A stretch of 64,000 bases of DNA from Candidatus Heimdallarchaeota archaeon (lineage in GTDB: Archaea > Asgardarchaeota > Heimdallarchaeia > Heimdallarchaeales > Heimdallarchaeaceae): the NCBI GenBank assembly GCA_030603365.1, contig JAUVXV010000001.1, forward strand, positions 480,001-544,000. Reading direction: 5' to 3'. Within the stretch, counting starts at the first letter, position 1. Each line of letters opens with the position of its first letter. The position numbers and the translations under genes were made by a program. Below, in pieces: positions 1 through 8,899 of the stretch. The notes under the pieces were generated by a model. The model searched no databases and was not told where the DNA came from. It worked only from the letters and a program-made list of their open reading frames with translations.

Positions 1-938
1 CATCATACCTATTTATAGTCAATCCTAAAGCACGAAATGGTGCTATAGGTAAGATGTGGCCAAAAGTTGAGGAAGAGATAAAAAAACGTGGTTTTGATTA
101 CTCTGTTATATTTACAAAAGAACCCAAACATGCAATAGAAATAGCAAAAAAAGAAGCAAACAATTATGATGTGGTTGTTGCAACAGGTGGAGATGGAACA
201 GTCAACGAAGTTGCTAATGGATTGTATGGTACTGGAGTAACATTTGGAGTTTTACCGCTTGGTAATGGTAATGATTTTGCTCGAGGAATATTATTTGATG
301 ATGATTATAATAGAAGTTTGGACGTCCTTTCTAAAGGATTAACTCTTGATTTAACAGTTGGTATTGCTGAAGCTGATGAGGACAAACGTTATTTTTTTAA
401 TATTGTTGATACAGGTGTAGGTGCAACAATTTCAGTTTCATCTTTTACTGATGCAAAATGGTTGAGAGGGTTTGTAAAATACTATTACTTGGCTTTCAAG
501 GGTATACTAAAGTATCGATTGGTAAAAACAAAAATTCAAATTGATGATCAAGAGCCTTTTGATTGTGGTTTAGTTATTCTAGCTGCAGGTGTAGGCAGTC
601 GTTTTGGCGGTGGTTTTCATATACTTCCTGACAATTATGCGTTCGAATCAGACTTTGCAATTTGTTATGCAAATGATTTAGGTAAGATTCAAACAATTAA
701 TCTTCTGAATGTCTTAAAGGGTGGAAACCATTTAGGTAGAAAAAATGTGCATTATTTTAGAGGTAACAAAATTAGTTTGGAATTAAGTAAACCTCTTCCT
801 GTAGAAGTTGAAGGAGAGATTGTCAACTTTGCTGCAACAAAAGTCAAATTTGAAGTAGCACCTGAAAAATTAAAGACCATAGTTCCTGATGAGTTCATTG
901 CACTTAAAGAATCGAGAAAAAAACAAGTAAAATTATGA
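1..938 (+). CDS. Diacylglycerol/sphingosine kinase family lipid kinase (YegS/DAGK-like), 5'-truncated by the window edge
   Basis: Frame is open upstream of the track start (SYLFIVNPKARNG from nt 3). Motifs: NP, GGDGTVNEV, PLGNGNDFAR, FGGG, EGE (normally DGE). Confidence 0.9.
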   Translation, partial: SYLFIVNPKARNGAIGKMWPKVEEEIKKRGFDYSVIFTKEPKHAIEIAKKEANNYDVVVATGGDGTVNEVANGLYGTGVTFGVLPLGNGNDFARGILFDDDYNRSLDVLSKGLTLDLTVGIAEADEDKRYFFNIVDTGVGATISVSSFTDAKWLRGFVKYYYLAFKGILKYRLVKTKIQIDDQEPFDCGLVILAAGVGSRFGGGFHILPDNYAFESDFAICYANDLGKIQTINLLNVLKGGNHLGRKNVHYFRGNKISLELSKPLPVEVEGEIVNFAATKVKFEVAPEKLKTIVPDEFIALKESRKKQVKL

Positions 939-1035
939 TTTTCCATCAAAAGAATTAAGATATAAGAATGTAAACCTGTGTAATAGAAAGCTAAACATCT
1001 TCAAGCATCTTTCTATTTGACTGGAGAGATCTTAC

Positions 1036-1494
1036 TTGCATATAGGATTTGTTGTTCAAAAACTCAGTAAAGAAGAAATTGATAATTCTATAATCTTAAT
1101 CCCAGAACTAGATAGAGAGATGTTCCCAATGGAGGGTGTGCTATTTTTCATTGAATCTTATGATGAAATATTCGGTTGTCACATCGATTCAGCAGGGACT
1201 ATCACTGGTTTAGAAGAATGGTTCAAACAATTTCCAGTTGCAAGAGAAGATATAGTAATTATCTCTAAGTATTCTGAGGGTTATTTTCTTTCAACCACAT
1301 CAGAAATTATTGAGCATCAACAACATTTTGTTATCGAAATGGATAGGATTTTGGCTTCTGAACCCACAGATATCTTTTGCCCAAATTGCCGTTACAATCT
1401 TGAACATGCAGGGAAAGCTTCTAGAGAAGATTCATATATATTGAAATGTGCAAGGTGTGGTTTTACACTTGTTAAAAAAAGCCTTCTGGAATAA
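1036..1494 (+). CDS. Hypothetical protein: possible B3/EcoRII-N-like pseudobarrel plus C-terminal Zn ribbon
   Basis: IP..FP..F..GLEEWFKQF..EDIVII pattern; CPNC...CARC at the C-terminus. Confidence 0.55.
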   Translation: MHIGFVVQKLSKEEIDNSIILIPELDREMFPMEGVLFFIESYDEIFGCHIDSAGTITGLEEWFKQFPVAREDIVIISKYSEGYFLSTTSEIIEHQQHFVIEMDRILASEPTDIFCPNCRYNLEHAGKASREDSYILKCARCGFTLVKKSLLE

Positions 1495-1549
1495 ACCTAC
1501 GTGATAAAACATATTTATATTGTAAAAACTGAAATTATCAAAGAGAACA

Positions 1550-2566
1550 ATGAGAATCTATCTATCAAAAGCTATTCAGATTAAAGGGAAGGATTGGAAA
1601 ATAGCTTGTGATAGCACAAATTCAAATTACTATCCAGTAGTTTTCTACAGTCATGCTCATTCCGATCATATACCAAGAAAGTTACCAAAAACGGACATTA
1701 TCACTTCTAAAATAACTCAGCTTCTAATGAGAAATTTTACCTCTAATTTTGAAGAACCAACATATCATGAGAGTTATTCTCAGAACAACGTTCACTTCAA
1801 ACAAAAATCTAGCGGACATATTGTAGGATCAACAGCCCTAGTAATTGAATCATCTGAAGGGAAGGTGATATATACAGGAGATGTTTCGATAAGAGACAAA
1901 GGATTTCTTGAACCTTTCAAACCTGAAAAATGTGATTCTTTAATAATTGAGAGTACATTCGGAACTCCAGGGTATGTTTTTCCAGAGTATGATGAAACTA
2001 TAAAACAGACAAAAGAACAAATATCCTACTATATTGAAAAGAATATACCTGTTGTTTTAATGGGATATGCTTTGGGAAAAGCTCAGATGTTATATCATTC
2101 TTTTTCCGAACTCTCAGAAACAATTGTAATGCATGGTGCAAATTACAAAATAAATTCTTTATTGATGGATGAGAATGTTGCTGGTTCTATACCCGCAATT
2201 GCATATGTAGATGCTAAGGAAACTGAATTACTAGAAAAAAAGCATGATTGGATACTTTATACTCCTCTTAAATCGGGAAGAGATGCATTTTTTTCCTACC
2301 TTAAGAAGAAATTTAATGCTAAACTTTTTGCTTTTAGCGGTTGGTGTATTTCTCCCAATTATAAATTTAGAATGGCTGTAGATTATGGTGTGCCAATAAG
2401 TGATCATGCAGATTTTAAAGAATTGATTGAAATTTGTGAAAAATGTGATCCGAATCAAATATATACAATCTATGGTGATAATGTTAGATTTGCAGCAGAA
2501 TTAAGAAAATTAGGGTTTAACGCACACCCTTTGTCAAAACAAACTCTCCTTGATTCCTATTTCTAA
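1550..2566 (+). CDS. MBL-fold beta-CASP nuclease (SNM1/Apollo or ligase-associated exonuclease-like) with C-terminal PIP box
   Basis: SHAHSDH, SGHIVGS, YTGD, IESTFG, GYALGKAQ, SDHAD motifs; ends QTLLDSYF. Confidence 0.85.
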   Translation: MRIYLSKAIQIKGKDWKIACDSTNSNYYPVVFYSHAHSDHIPRKLPKTDIITSKITQLLMRNFTSNFEEPTYHESYSQNNVHFKQKSSGHIVGSTALVIESSEGKVIYTGDVSIRDKGFLEPFKPEKCDSLIIESTFGTPGYVFPEYDETIKQTKEQISYYIEKNIPVVLMGYALGKAQMLYHSFSELSETIVMHGANYKINSLLMDENVAGSIPAIAYVDAKETELLEKKHDWILYTPLKSGRDAFFSYLKKKFNAKLFAFSGWCISPNYKFRMAVDYGVPISDHADFKELIEICEKCDPNQIYTIYGDNVRFAAELRKLGFNAHPLSKQTLLDSYF

Positions 2567-2570
2567 TTCT

Positions 2571-2939
2571 TTAATAACAGGCTAATAAATCCTCTATCCT
2601 TTTTTCTTTGTAAATTATTTCATTCAGATGAATTATCTGAATAGGAATGTCTCTTCTAGCAAGGAAATCTTTAGCATTGGTGCTGATAGAATTACAGATA
2701 AGAACAAGTTTTTTCAAATTTAGAGAGGTAATTAATTGTTCCAACTGAAGAAGCTTGTTTGTAGGTATTGTTCTTTTCCAATTAATTGTAACAATTCCAA
2801 TATCATGATTTTGAAGATAAAAATCTATCACATATGTCTTCCTTTCAAATTTAAATGTAACATTTTCTCGTACTGGTACTTTTCTTGAATTGAATTCATT
2901 TCTAAGTATATAGTTTATGACAGATTCTTCAGTGCTCAT
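2571..2939 (-). CDS. Restriction-endonuclease-like (Mrr/PD-(D/E)XK fold) small protein; likely start at ATG 2939 (MSTEES)
   Basis: RENV...IDF...GIVTINWKR...LICNSISTNAKDFL pattern typical of the Mrr_cat-like fold; catalytic (E/Q)xK degenerate. Confidence 0.6.
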   Translation of the reverse strand: MSTEESVINYILRNEFNSRKVPVRENVTFKFERKTYVIDFYLQNHDIGIVTINWKRTIPTNKLLQLEQLITSLNLKKLVLICNSISTNAKDFLARRDIPIQIIHLNEIIYKEKRIEDLLACY

Positions 2940-3084
2940 TGAACAGAAATCAGCTTGATTATTAAAAATAAGCCTTATTACCAGCATAATATACTGGAAA
3001 TATCTAAAAACGTAGTTTATTGACAAAAAACACGAAACTCCAGTTTTGAGAAAAATGTAGATTGGATAGATTTGTTCAGTTTTT

Positions 3085-5631
3085 CTAACCAAAAACGTAA
3101 TTCATATCTTTGATATTAGATAATCTTGCTATTAAACGATCAAAAATAGAAATGTGTTTTTTAACAATTATTTTAGGTATATCGGAATACACATAGATAT
3201 AATCTACCTTTTTCCTCTCCACTTCATGTTTCTTTTCTCTAATGGTATAGGTGATTTTTTCATCGTTTACCTCAGTTAAGACACAAGCAATTCCAGTTTC
3301 TAATTCTTCTTTAGTAAATAATATCACAGATTTTCCAACAACTGATTTGATTAAGGGAGTTTGTTGTTCTATTTTATCCTCTAGTAATCTCACAAGAGCA
3401 GGGGGTAAATCAATAATGAGTTCTGAACCTTTATAGTTGTAAGACTTTATTTCTTCTTTTTCATCTATTTTTAATTTAAAAACTGAATCTGAAAGCCCAT
3501 CTACAAATGTTATATCTTCTAAAATTGCTTTTCTATCTGCACCATCCTTATAGATAAAAATACTTTTTCCGATATTTCTTTTGAAATAGGACAAGGATTT
3601 ACCTGTATATGGTTTTTCAAATGTATTTGTAGAATTACCTAATTGTTTGAATTTGAAAATAGGTTCATTAGATTTATCACCTGTTTTCCATGAAACAAGT
3701 TCTCCCATTTTCCCATTTTTCATTACATAGGTTTCACCTATGTTAGTTTGACTTATAGCATAATCAGAAAAAAGAATCTGTTTTTCTTCTTTCTCAGTTT
3801 TCACATTTAATAACATGGGAACACAGATTGCTTTACTTATAGTGATTCCAGTTACTTTTCCTTCAAAGACATTATTGAATGTCCTGTCATAAGCCACTAT
3901 ATTCTTTCCCATTATCTCTGAAATTATCTCATCCATTCTAGTTATTTCTATAAACGATTTTACTCCTTCGTCTCCATGATATTCGTTAAATCTTTCTGAT
4001 ATCAAAGATGAGAATTCTTCTCGTTTTTCACTTAATTTCTTCAAAGATTTCTTTCTAATGAAAGTAGGTAAAATAAACCAAAATGGCAGAAGAGCTCCTT
4101 TAACTGGAGAAAATCTATCATCAACTACTGCAACTATTCTGTAAGCTGTTCTAGGATGAGACATAAAAATATTAGCAAACATATCCCATCTACTTGGTTT
4201 GTATATGTGCTTGTAAAGTCTAATTGCTGCTTCTCCTTGAAATCTTAATTTTTCGTCTTCGGTGAATTCTTTTCCAGTTAATAATTGCACATTCAATCCA
4301 AAATCACCTGCAACACCTTGATAGAATCCTTCTAGCTTATACAAAACCTGAGCGAGTTCTTTCCCATAACCTGCTTTTTTCGTTTGTAAATCAGCATCTC
4401 CTTCAAGAATTCTCACAAATATATACAATACAGCTATTATTCCATAACTAATGAGAAAGTACCATCCAAACGCAATATCAACTTTAACAGCTGCATAATC
4501 TAATGTTGTTGCAGGTAGTAAGAATGCTTTCTTAACTATCATCTCGATCCATGCTAGTAACTGAAGCCAGATAATATGACCACGTTTGTTATGTGCTAGT
4601 TCATGTGCTACAATACCTCGGATGTCATCATCACTAAAATCATTAATGTCGGAAGCAATAAGGGCAACTCTCTGATCAAAGATGGGACCATATGCCATGG
4701 CATTTAATATTGGTGCTTCAACAAAACCTACCTTAACCTTTCTTCTAATACCTAAACGTTTTCGTACTTCTTCAACCAATTTAAGTACTCTTTCATCATC
4801 TGTTGATTTGATTCCTAGAAGAGCTGTAAGAAGCCATCCAGAAATAAAATACAATAAAATTGACATTACAATAATTATTTCCCATGGTCCAATAGAAAGG
4901 AATATTGTTCTATCAATTAGAAGTGAATCTGCAAAATAAGTGTCTATCTTCACTAATCCTCCTAAAGTATCTCCATTTCTTGGAAGTGAGAAACTACTAC
5001 TAAAATTAAAGAAATATGAGAATGAATGATAATATATTCCTAGATAATTCCAAGTTAGGTTATCAAATCCAGGAACTAATTTGCCAACACCATATAATGC
5101 AACATAAGCTAATGCAAAAAGAGTGAGATAAAGTATCTGTGGAGACATTAGTCTACTTACTAATACAAATTTCTTACCAAAGAATATGAGCGCTAGAATA
5201 ATGAAAACATATAGCATAAGATTATATGCCCAACCTGTGAAAATCTCTGTTTCTTCTTTGGTAACCAGTTCCCACACTTTGTCACCAACTGTTCCAACCA
5301 AGAAAACAAAATATGTTACTACAGATATAATCATGAGTTCTCTCCATACAGGAGAATGTCTTAACTGATATGTTTGATAGACGGCGAGAACGAATAAACT
5401 TAATGCAATCCCTAATAACCAATGTTCTAAGAAGAAAATAACAAGACCAAAAGTTAATGCTATGGATGCTAGCATAAGATTTTCTGATGTTGTTCCATGT
5501 TTTATTTTAGTTCTGATTTCAGAAATTAAGAAAAACAAACCTAGAGCTGTTATTGCTAAACCTAAGATTAGAGTTATATTACCGTCAACTATTTGATTCC
5601 ATTTATCGAGAAAATAATCAGCTAAACTCAT
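3085..5631 (-). CDS. Polytopic membrane M48 (HtpX/Ste24-like) zinc metalloprotease with a long soluble C-terminal extension
   Basis: LNAMAYG, GIVAHELAH (HExxH), LEGDAD, FMSHP motifs; many TM helices N-terminally. Confidence 0.85.
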   Translation of the reverse strand: MSLADYFLDKWNQIVDGNITLILGLAITALGLFFLISEIRTKIKHGTTSENLMLASIALTFGLVIFFLEHWLLGIALSLFVLAVYQTYQLRHSPVWRELMIISVVTYFVFLVGTVGDKVWELVTKEETEIFTGWAYNLMLYVFIILALIFFGKKFVLVSRLMSPQILYLTLFALAYVALYGVGKLVPGFDNLTWNYLGIYYHSFSYFFNFSSSFSLPRNGDTLGGLVKIDTYFADSLLIDRTIFLSIGPWEIIIVMSILLYFISGWLLTALLGIKSTDDERVLKLVEEVRKRLGIRRKVKVGFVEAPILNAMAYGPIFDQRVALIASDINDFSDDDIRGIVAHELAHNKRGHIIWLQLLAWIEMIVKKAFLLPATTLDYAAVKVDIAFGWYFLISYGIIAVLYIFVRILEGDADLQTKKAGYGKELAQVLYKLEGFYQGVAGDFGLNVQLLTGKEFTEDEKLRFQGEAAIRLYKHIYKPSRWDMFANIFMSHPRTAYRIVAVVDDRFSPVKGALLPFWFILPTFIRKKSLKKLSEKREEFSSLISERFNEYHGDEGVKSFIEITRMDEIISEIMGKNIVAYDRTFNNVFEGKVTGITISKAICVPMLLNVKTEKEEKQILFSDYAISQTNIGETYVMKNGKMGELVSWKTGDKSNEPIFKFKQLGNSTNTFEKPYTGKSLSYFKRNIGKSIFIYKDGADRKAILEDITFVDGLSDSVFKLKIDEKEEIKSYNYKGSELIIDLPPALVRLLEDKIEQQTPLIKSVVGKSVILFTKEELETGIACVLTEVNDEKITYTIREKKHEVERKKVDYIYVYSDIPKIIVKKHISIFDRLIARLSNIKDMNYVFG

Positions 5632-5684
5632 ATCATCTTGGATTTGAAGTTGAGCGTTTTAAAATCTTTGTCTTTGGAAAAAAT

Positions 5685-6296
5685 CTATGATATAGGAATT
5701 TGCCGAATTACATCATTGGTAAGTAATTCTTTTGCTGCTCTTTGAGCATCTGTTTCAGTAAGTTTCATCAACTTTACAATATCGTTCAAGGTAGCAGCTC
5801 CTTTGTATTTCAACAAGGAAATAAGCTTCTTTTGTTGTTGACTATAAGTTTTTTTGAAATCTCCTGAAACTGTACTTGGATTTAATTCTAGTTTGGTATT
5901 GGAAAGGTTAACAGCAGGAGTAGTATACTTCCTTAAGCGTTTGTCAACAAAATCATCCATTAAAGAAAAGTGTTCTACTCGTCCATTCCAATCAGTTAAA
6001 TCTTTATTAAACCGATTATGAAATTCCTCTTGGATGTGTTTTAAATCCTCTCTCACAGCAGTATCTTCATCATCACAATCTGTGCATACAACAATAACTG
6101 TTTGTTTTGCAGTTGCATAAATGAACTTGTAATTCTTTGTTTGAAGAAAGTCACAACCTTCATCAACATTCTGAGCAAAAATCTCTATTGCACTCAAAAA
6201 GCTTGTAATAAGGTTTTCATCATGACCTATGCTACCATACTTCTTATGAAAAAGACATTCACCAGTATCTTTAGCTATCCAAATATTATGTAACAT
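5685..6296 (-). CDS. Longin-like domain + C-terminal winged-helix protein; likely start at ATG 6296 (MLHNIW)
   Basis: NIWIAKDTGECLFHK..DENLITSFLSAI..F..RF..DWNG is the Asgard longin-like signature; C-terminal ATLNDIVKLMKL..AKELL HTH. Confidence 0.7.
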   Translation of the reverse strand: MLHNIWIAKDTGECLFHKKYGSIGHDENLITSFLSAIEIFAQNVDEGCDFLQTKNYKFIYATAKQTVIVVCTDCDDEDTAVREDLKHIQEEFHNRFNKDLTDWNGRVEHFSLMDDFVDKRLRKYTTPAVNLSNTKLELNPSTVSGDFKKTYSQQQKKLISLLKYKGAATLNDIVKLMKLTETDAQRAAKELLTNDVIRQIPIS

Positions 6297-6335
6297 AGAC
6301 TTCAAGAAGATAAAAAATGACTTAGCACAAAAAGT

Positions 6336-6541
6336 CTCATAATACATGGGTATTTTCTCGGACTTCTAAAATTGAAAATTAACGAGAATGCAACTGATTA
6401 CTTTTCTTCTTCTGAATATGTAAAATAGATTTGAATTTTTTCTGTGATTGTTTCTTAAAGGAAATGAAAAAAAGAAAAGGAGTGAAAAGGATCTAAGACA
6501 GAAAGTCAAAGAAACAAAGTGAATCACCCATGTATTATGAG
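6336..6541. repeat. Perfect 16-bp inverted repeat (CTCATAATACATGGGT 6336-6351 / ACCCATGTATTATGAG 6526-6541)
   Basis: Direct reverse-complement comparison; 174-bp spacer. Confidence 0.9.
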
Positions 6542-7007
6542 TTAGTCAATTCAAAAATCCATTTGGGATTCTTTAAATCATTTCAGGACTCATCCTAGAC
6601 CAGCAAAATCTGTATGAAAAACTGTGTTCTTCATTGGGTTTATAACTACAATATCTGTAGCAGTACCGGTCTTCTGGCTGTAGCAAAGGAATCCTTTCCC
6701 GTTACTAGAGGGAACTCATTACCGAACTTATCAAAACTAAGAACTGATAAGTTCTCTACCTATCCCATCGAATCTATAGAAACGATATATCCCCTAAGGA
6801 ATATTTAAGCCACTGGCTTAAGGTTTTGAAGTGTTCATAATGCTCTAGATTATGATACTCACCGGAAAGCCTGTCTCGAAGTACTTTCTTCCTTTTGAAC
6901 TCTCCACTTGGTACCAAAACATATCTGATCAACCTCTTTGCTATGTTCCTTGTACCGTTCAAGTCTGCATTGAGTTCATAGTTGCACTGATGGCAAACAA
7001 CATTCCT
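6519..7007 (-). mobile_element. Decayed IS200/IS605-family element: tnpB 3' fragment plus putative omegaRNA/right end
   Basis: Minus strand encodes the TnpB C-terminus, then several hairpins (6805-6821, 6724-6754, 6696-6714, 6646-6660, 6556-6570), ending ...CATGGGTGATTCAC, which resembles IS200/605 right ends. Confidence 0.65.
6774..7007 (-). pseudogene. tnpB: tnpB (RNA-guided nuclease) C-terminal fragment, 5'-truncated
   Basis: RNVVCHQCNYELNADLNGTRNIAKR = second CxxC of the Zn ribbon plus RuvC-III ADxN(A/G)xxNI. Upstream is a poly-A run and an in-frame stop; no N-terminal part. Confidence 0.8.
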
Positions 7008-7070
7008 TTTTTTTTGGAAAAAGAGAGGAAACTTTTAAAGCTTTAAAAATAGTTTATTAAGGAGATAAAA

Positions 7071-8660
7071 ATGTCTAAGAAACTCATTAGGATTTATGTT
7101 TGTTGCACCATCTTGATCTTTCTTTATGCTTCATTTGCTTGTAAACTAGATTCAGAACCTGATACCACAAAAAATATCGCTCGAACACAAAACTTACAAC
7201 ATAAATCATTCCCTAGAATAACTAAAACAAAATCAAGTTTGACACTTCACTCAAGTATAATTATTCTATCAGACGAGGATTTCATAACACAAGGGTTTCC
7301 AGGAGAAGGAACACCTACTAATCCTTATCGGATTGAGAATTACGAAATCACAACAAGCTTCGCAGTTGGGATATATGTATTCAATACTACTAAGAGTTTC
7401 ATAATCTCTAATTGCTTCATATCTGCTCTAGAAGATGGAATAGTAATCACTGATATTATTGCTGGAATTGTTGTCATAGAAAACAATACTTGTGCAAATC
7501 ACAATTACGAGGGGATTTACGTTTGGGGATCTAATAGTATCTTTATTAGAAAAAATGAATGTTATGGAAACCGGAATGGAATAGCTACTGATCATGTGGA
7601 TTATCTTGAGATTAAAAATAATTATTGTCACAATAATGGGATCAGCATCAAATTAGTCTTTTCAAATCATGCCATTGTCACAGATAACACCTTATCCGGT
7701 GGAGGAATTATATTGTATTACGTAGATCATTCGATATTTGAACGCAATGTCATAATTAACTATGGTTATTCTGGAATAATGATGAACTGGGGAGAACACA
7801 ATCGATTAGAGAATAATTATTGCAATGGAGGTGTTTTTGGAATTGATGTTGATATGTCACAAAATATCACGATTGTTAATAATGAATGTTCAAGGAATCT
7901 ATATGATGGTATTTTTACTAGATTCACTGATGATTTGCTAATATTGAATAACTTCAGTACAAAGAACAATGAATCAGGTATTAGAGTAGTTACTTGTTCG
8001 AATATGACTGTTGCAAGAAACACATGTACGGAAAACAAAGGCGCAGGAATCTATGCATTCTACAACTCATTAACACCCTCTATCCCACCAATAATTGAAG
8101 ATAATCTATGCAAGAACAATTCAATAGGAATGAGAGTTTGGGAAACATATTATGCAAAAATATCGAATAATACTGTCGAATCTAATGGACAAGGGATTCT
8201 ACTTGTCGATTCAAAATATATAGAAATAGTAAATAATACTCTACTAAGAAACAGAAAATATGGAGTTAAGATAGCTACTTTGCTTTCAACTTGGAATGTC
8301 ATACATCATAACTACTTCATTTGCAATAATCTAGGAGGTACAGAATATGGTTTTTCCCAAGCCTTTGATGATAGCTATAATAACAAGTGGTATGATGATG
8401 ATTCAAGCACAGGTAATTTTTGGACAGATTATGAAGGAGAAGGAGAATACTCTATAGATGGAAAATACAATATGACAGATCTTTACCCCTTTATCTATGA
8501 TTATGAATGTGCAACAATAACTGAACCTACTAGTGAGTACACTGAACCTACTAGTGAGTACACTGATGAATCAGCTATTTCAATGTTAATCACTTTGTGC
8601 TCATTTCTAGGCTTAAGTAGTATAGGTACAATTATACGAAAACGTCAGAGAAAACAATAA
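7071..8660 (+). CDS. Secreted/membrane-anchored right-handed parallel beta-helix (NosD/CASH) repeat protein
   Basis: Signal peptide; GEGTPTNPYRIEN; many GI...I.NN repeats; GNFWTDY..G..D.YP; C-terminal TM followed by RKRQRKQ. Confidence 0.85.
   Translation: MSKKLIRIYVCCTILIFLYASFACKLDSEPDTTKNIARTQNLQHKSFPRITKTKSSLTLHSSIIILSDEDFITQGFPGEGTPTNPYRIENYEITTSFAVGIYVFNTTKSFIISNCFISALEDGIVITDIIAGIVVIENNTCANHNYEGIYVWGSNSIFIRKNECYGNRNGIATDHVDYLEIKNNYCHNNGISIKLVFSNHAIVTDNTLSGGGIILYYVDHSIFERNVIINYGYSGIMMNWGEHNRLENNYCNGGVFGIDVDMSQNITIVNNECSRNLYDGIFTRFTDDLLILNNFSTKNNESGIRVVTCSNMTVARNTCTENKGAGIYAFYNSLTPSIPPIIEDNLCKNNSIGMRVWETYYAKISNNTVESNGQGILLVDSKYIEIVNNTLLRNRKYGVKIATLLSTWNVIHHNYFICNNLGGTEYGFSQAFDDSYNNKWYDDDSSTGNFWTDYEGEGEYSIDGKYNMTDLYPFIYDYECATITEPTSEYTEPTSEYTDESAISMLITLCSFLGLSSIGTIIRKRQRKQ
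8520..8566 (+). repeat. 21-bp tandem repeat x2 (TEPTSEY) in the Thr-rich stalk
   Basis: ACTGAACCTACTAGTGAGTAC twice, followed by ACTGA. Confidence 0.9.
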
Positions 8661-8676
8661 TTAAAGTACAATGAGA

Positions 8677-8883
8677 TTAGAAGAATCGATCTAAATCTGA
8701 CTGCTTTTTTTTCCTCATGAAATCTTTGAGTTCCTTATCTTTCTGGTCAATGAACCATTGTTTGATACGTTTATCAGGATCAACAACAGATTTTGGAACC
8801 CAGATTTCTTTATCAGTGTAATTCTCAATTAGCATAGTTTTTGCATTTAATATCAAAAAACAAAAAATAATAAAAGAGTTCAA
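8677..8883 (-). CDS. Small protein with C-terminal PIP box (start uncertain: 8835 ATG, 8856 TTG or 8883)
   Basis: EIWVPKSVV..IKQWF core; ends KKKQSDLDRFF (QxxLxxFF). Confidence 0.6.
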   Translation of the reverse strand: MNSFIIFCFLILNAKTMLIENYTDKEIWVPKSVVDPDKRIKQWFIDQKDKELKDFMRKKKQSDLDRFF

Positions 8884-8899
8884 AGAAAAAGAATAATTA

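Noticed and set aside
6614-7046. Plus-strand ORFs 6614-6808 and 6852-7046
   Set aside because: Antisense to the tnpB fragment and omegaRNA-like region; no protein features.
8520-8566. Tandem repeats (also 44298-44376) as possible CRISPR arrays
   Set aside because: Only two adjacent in-frame copies, no spacers, no cas genes.
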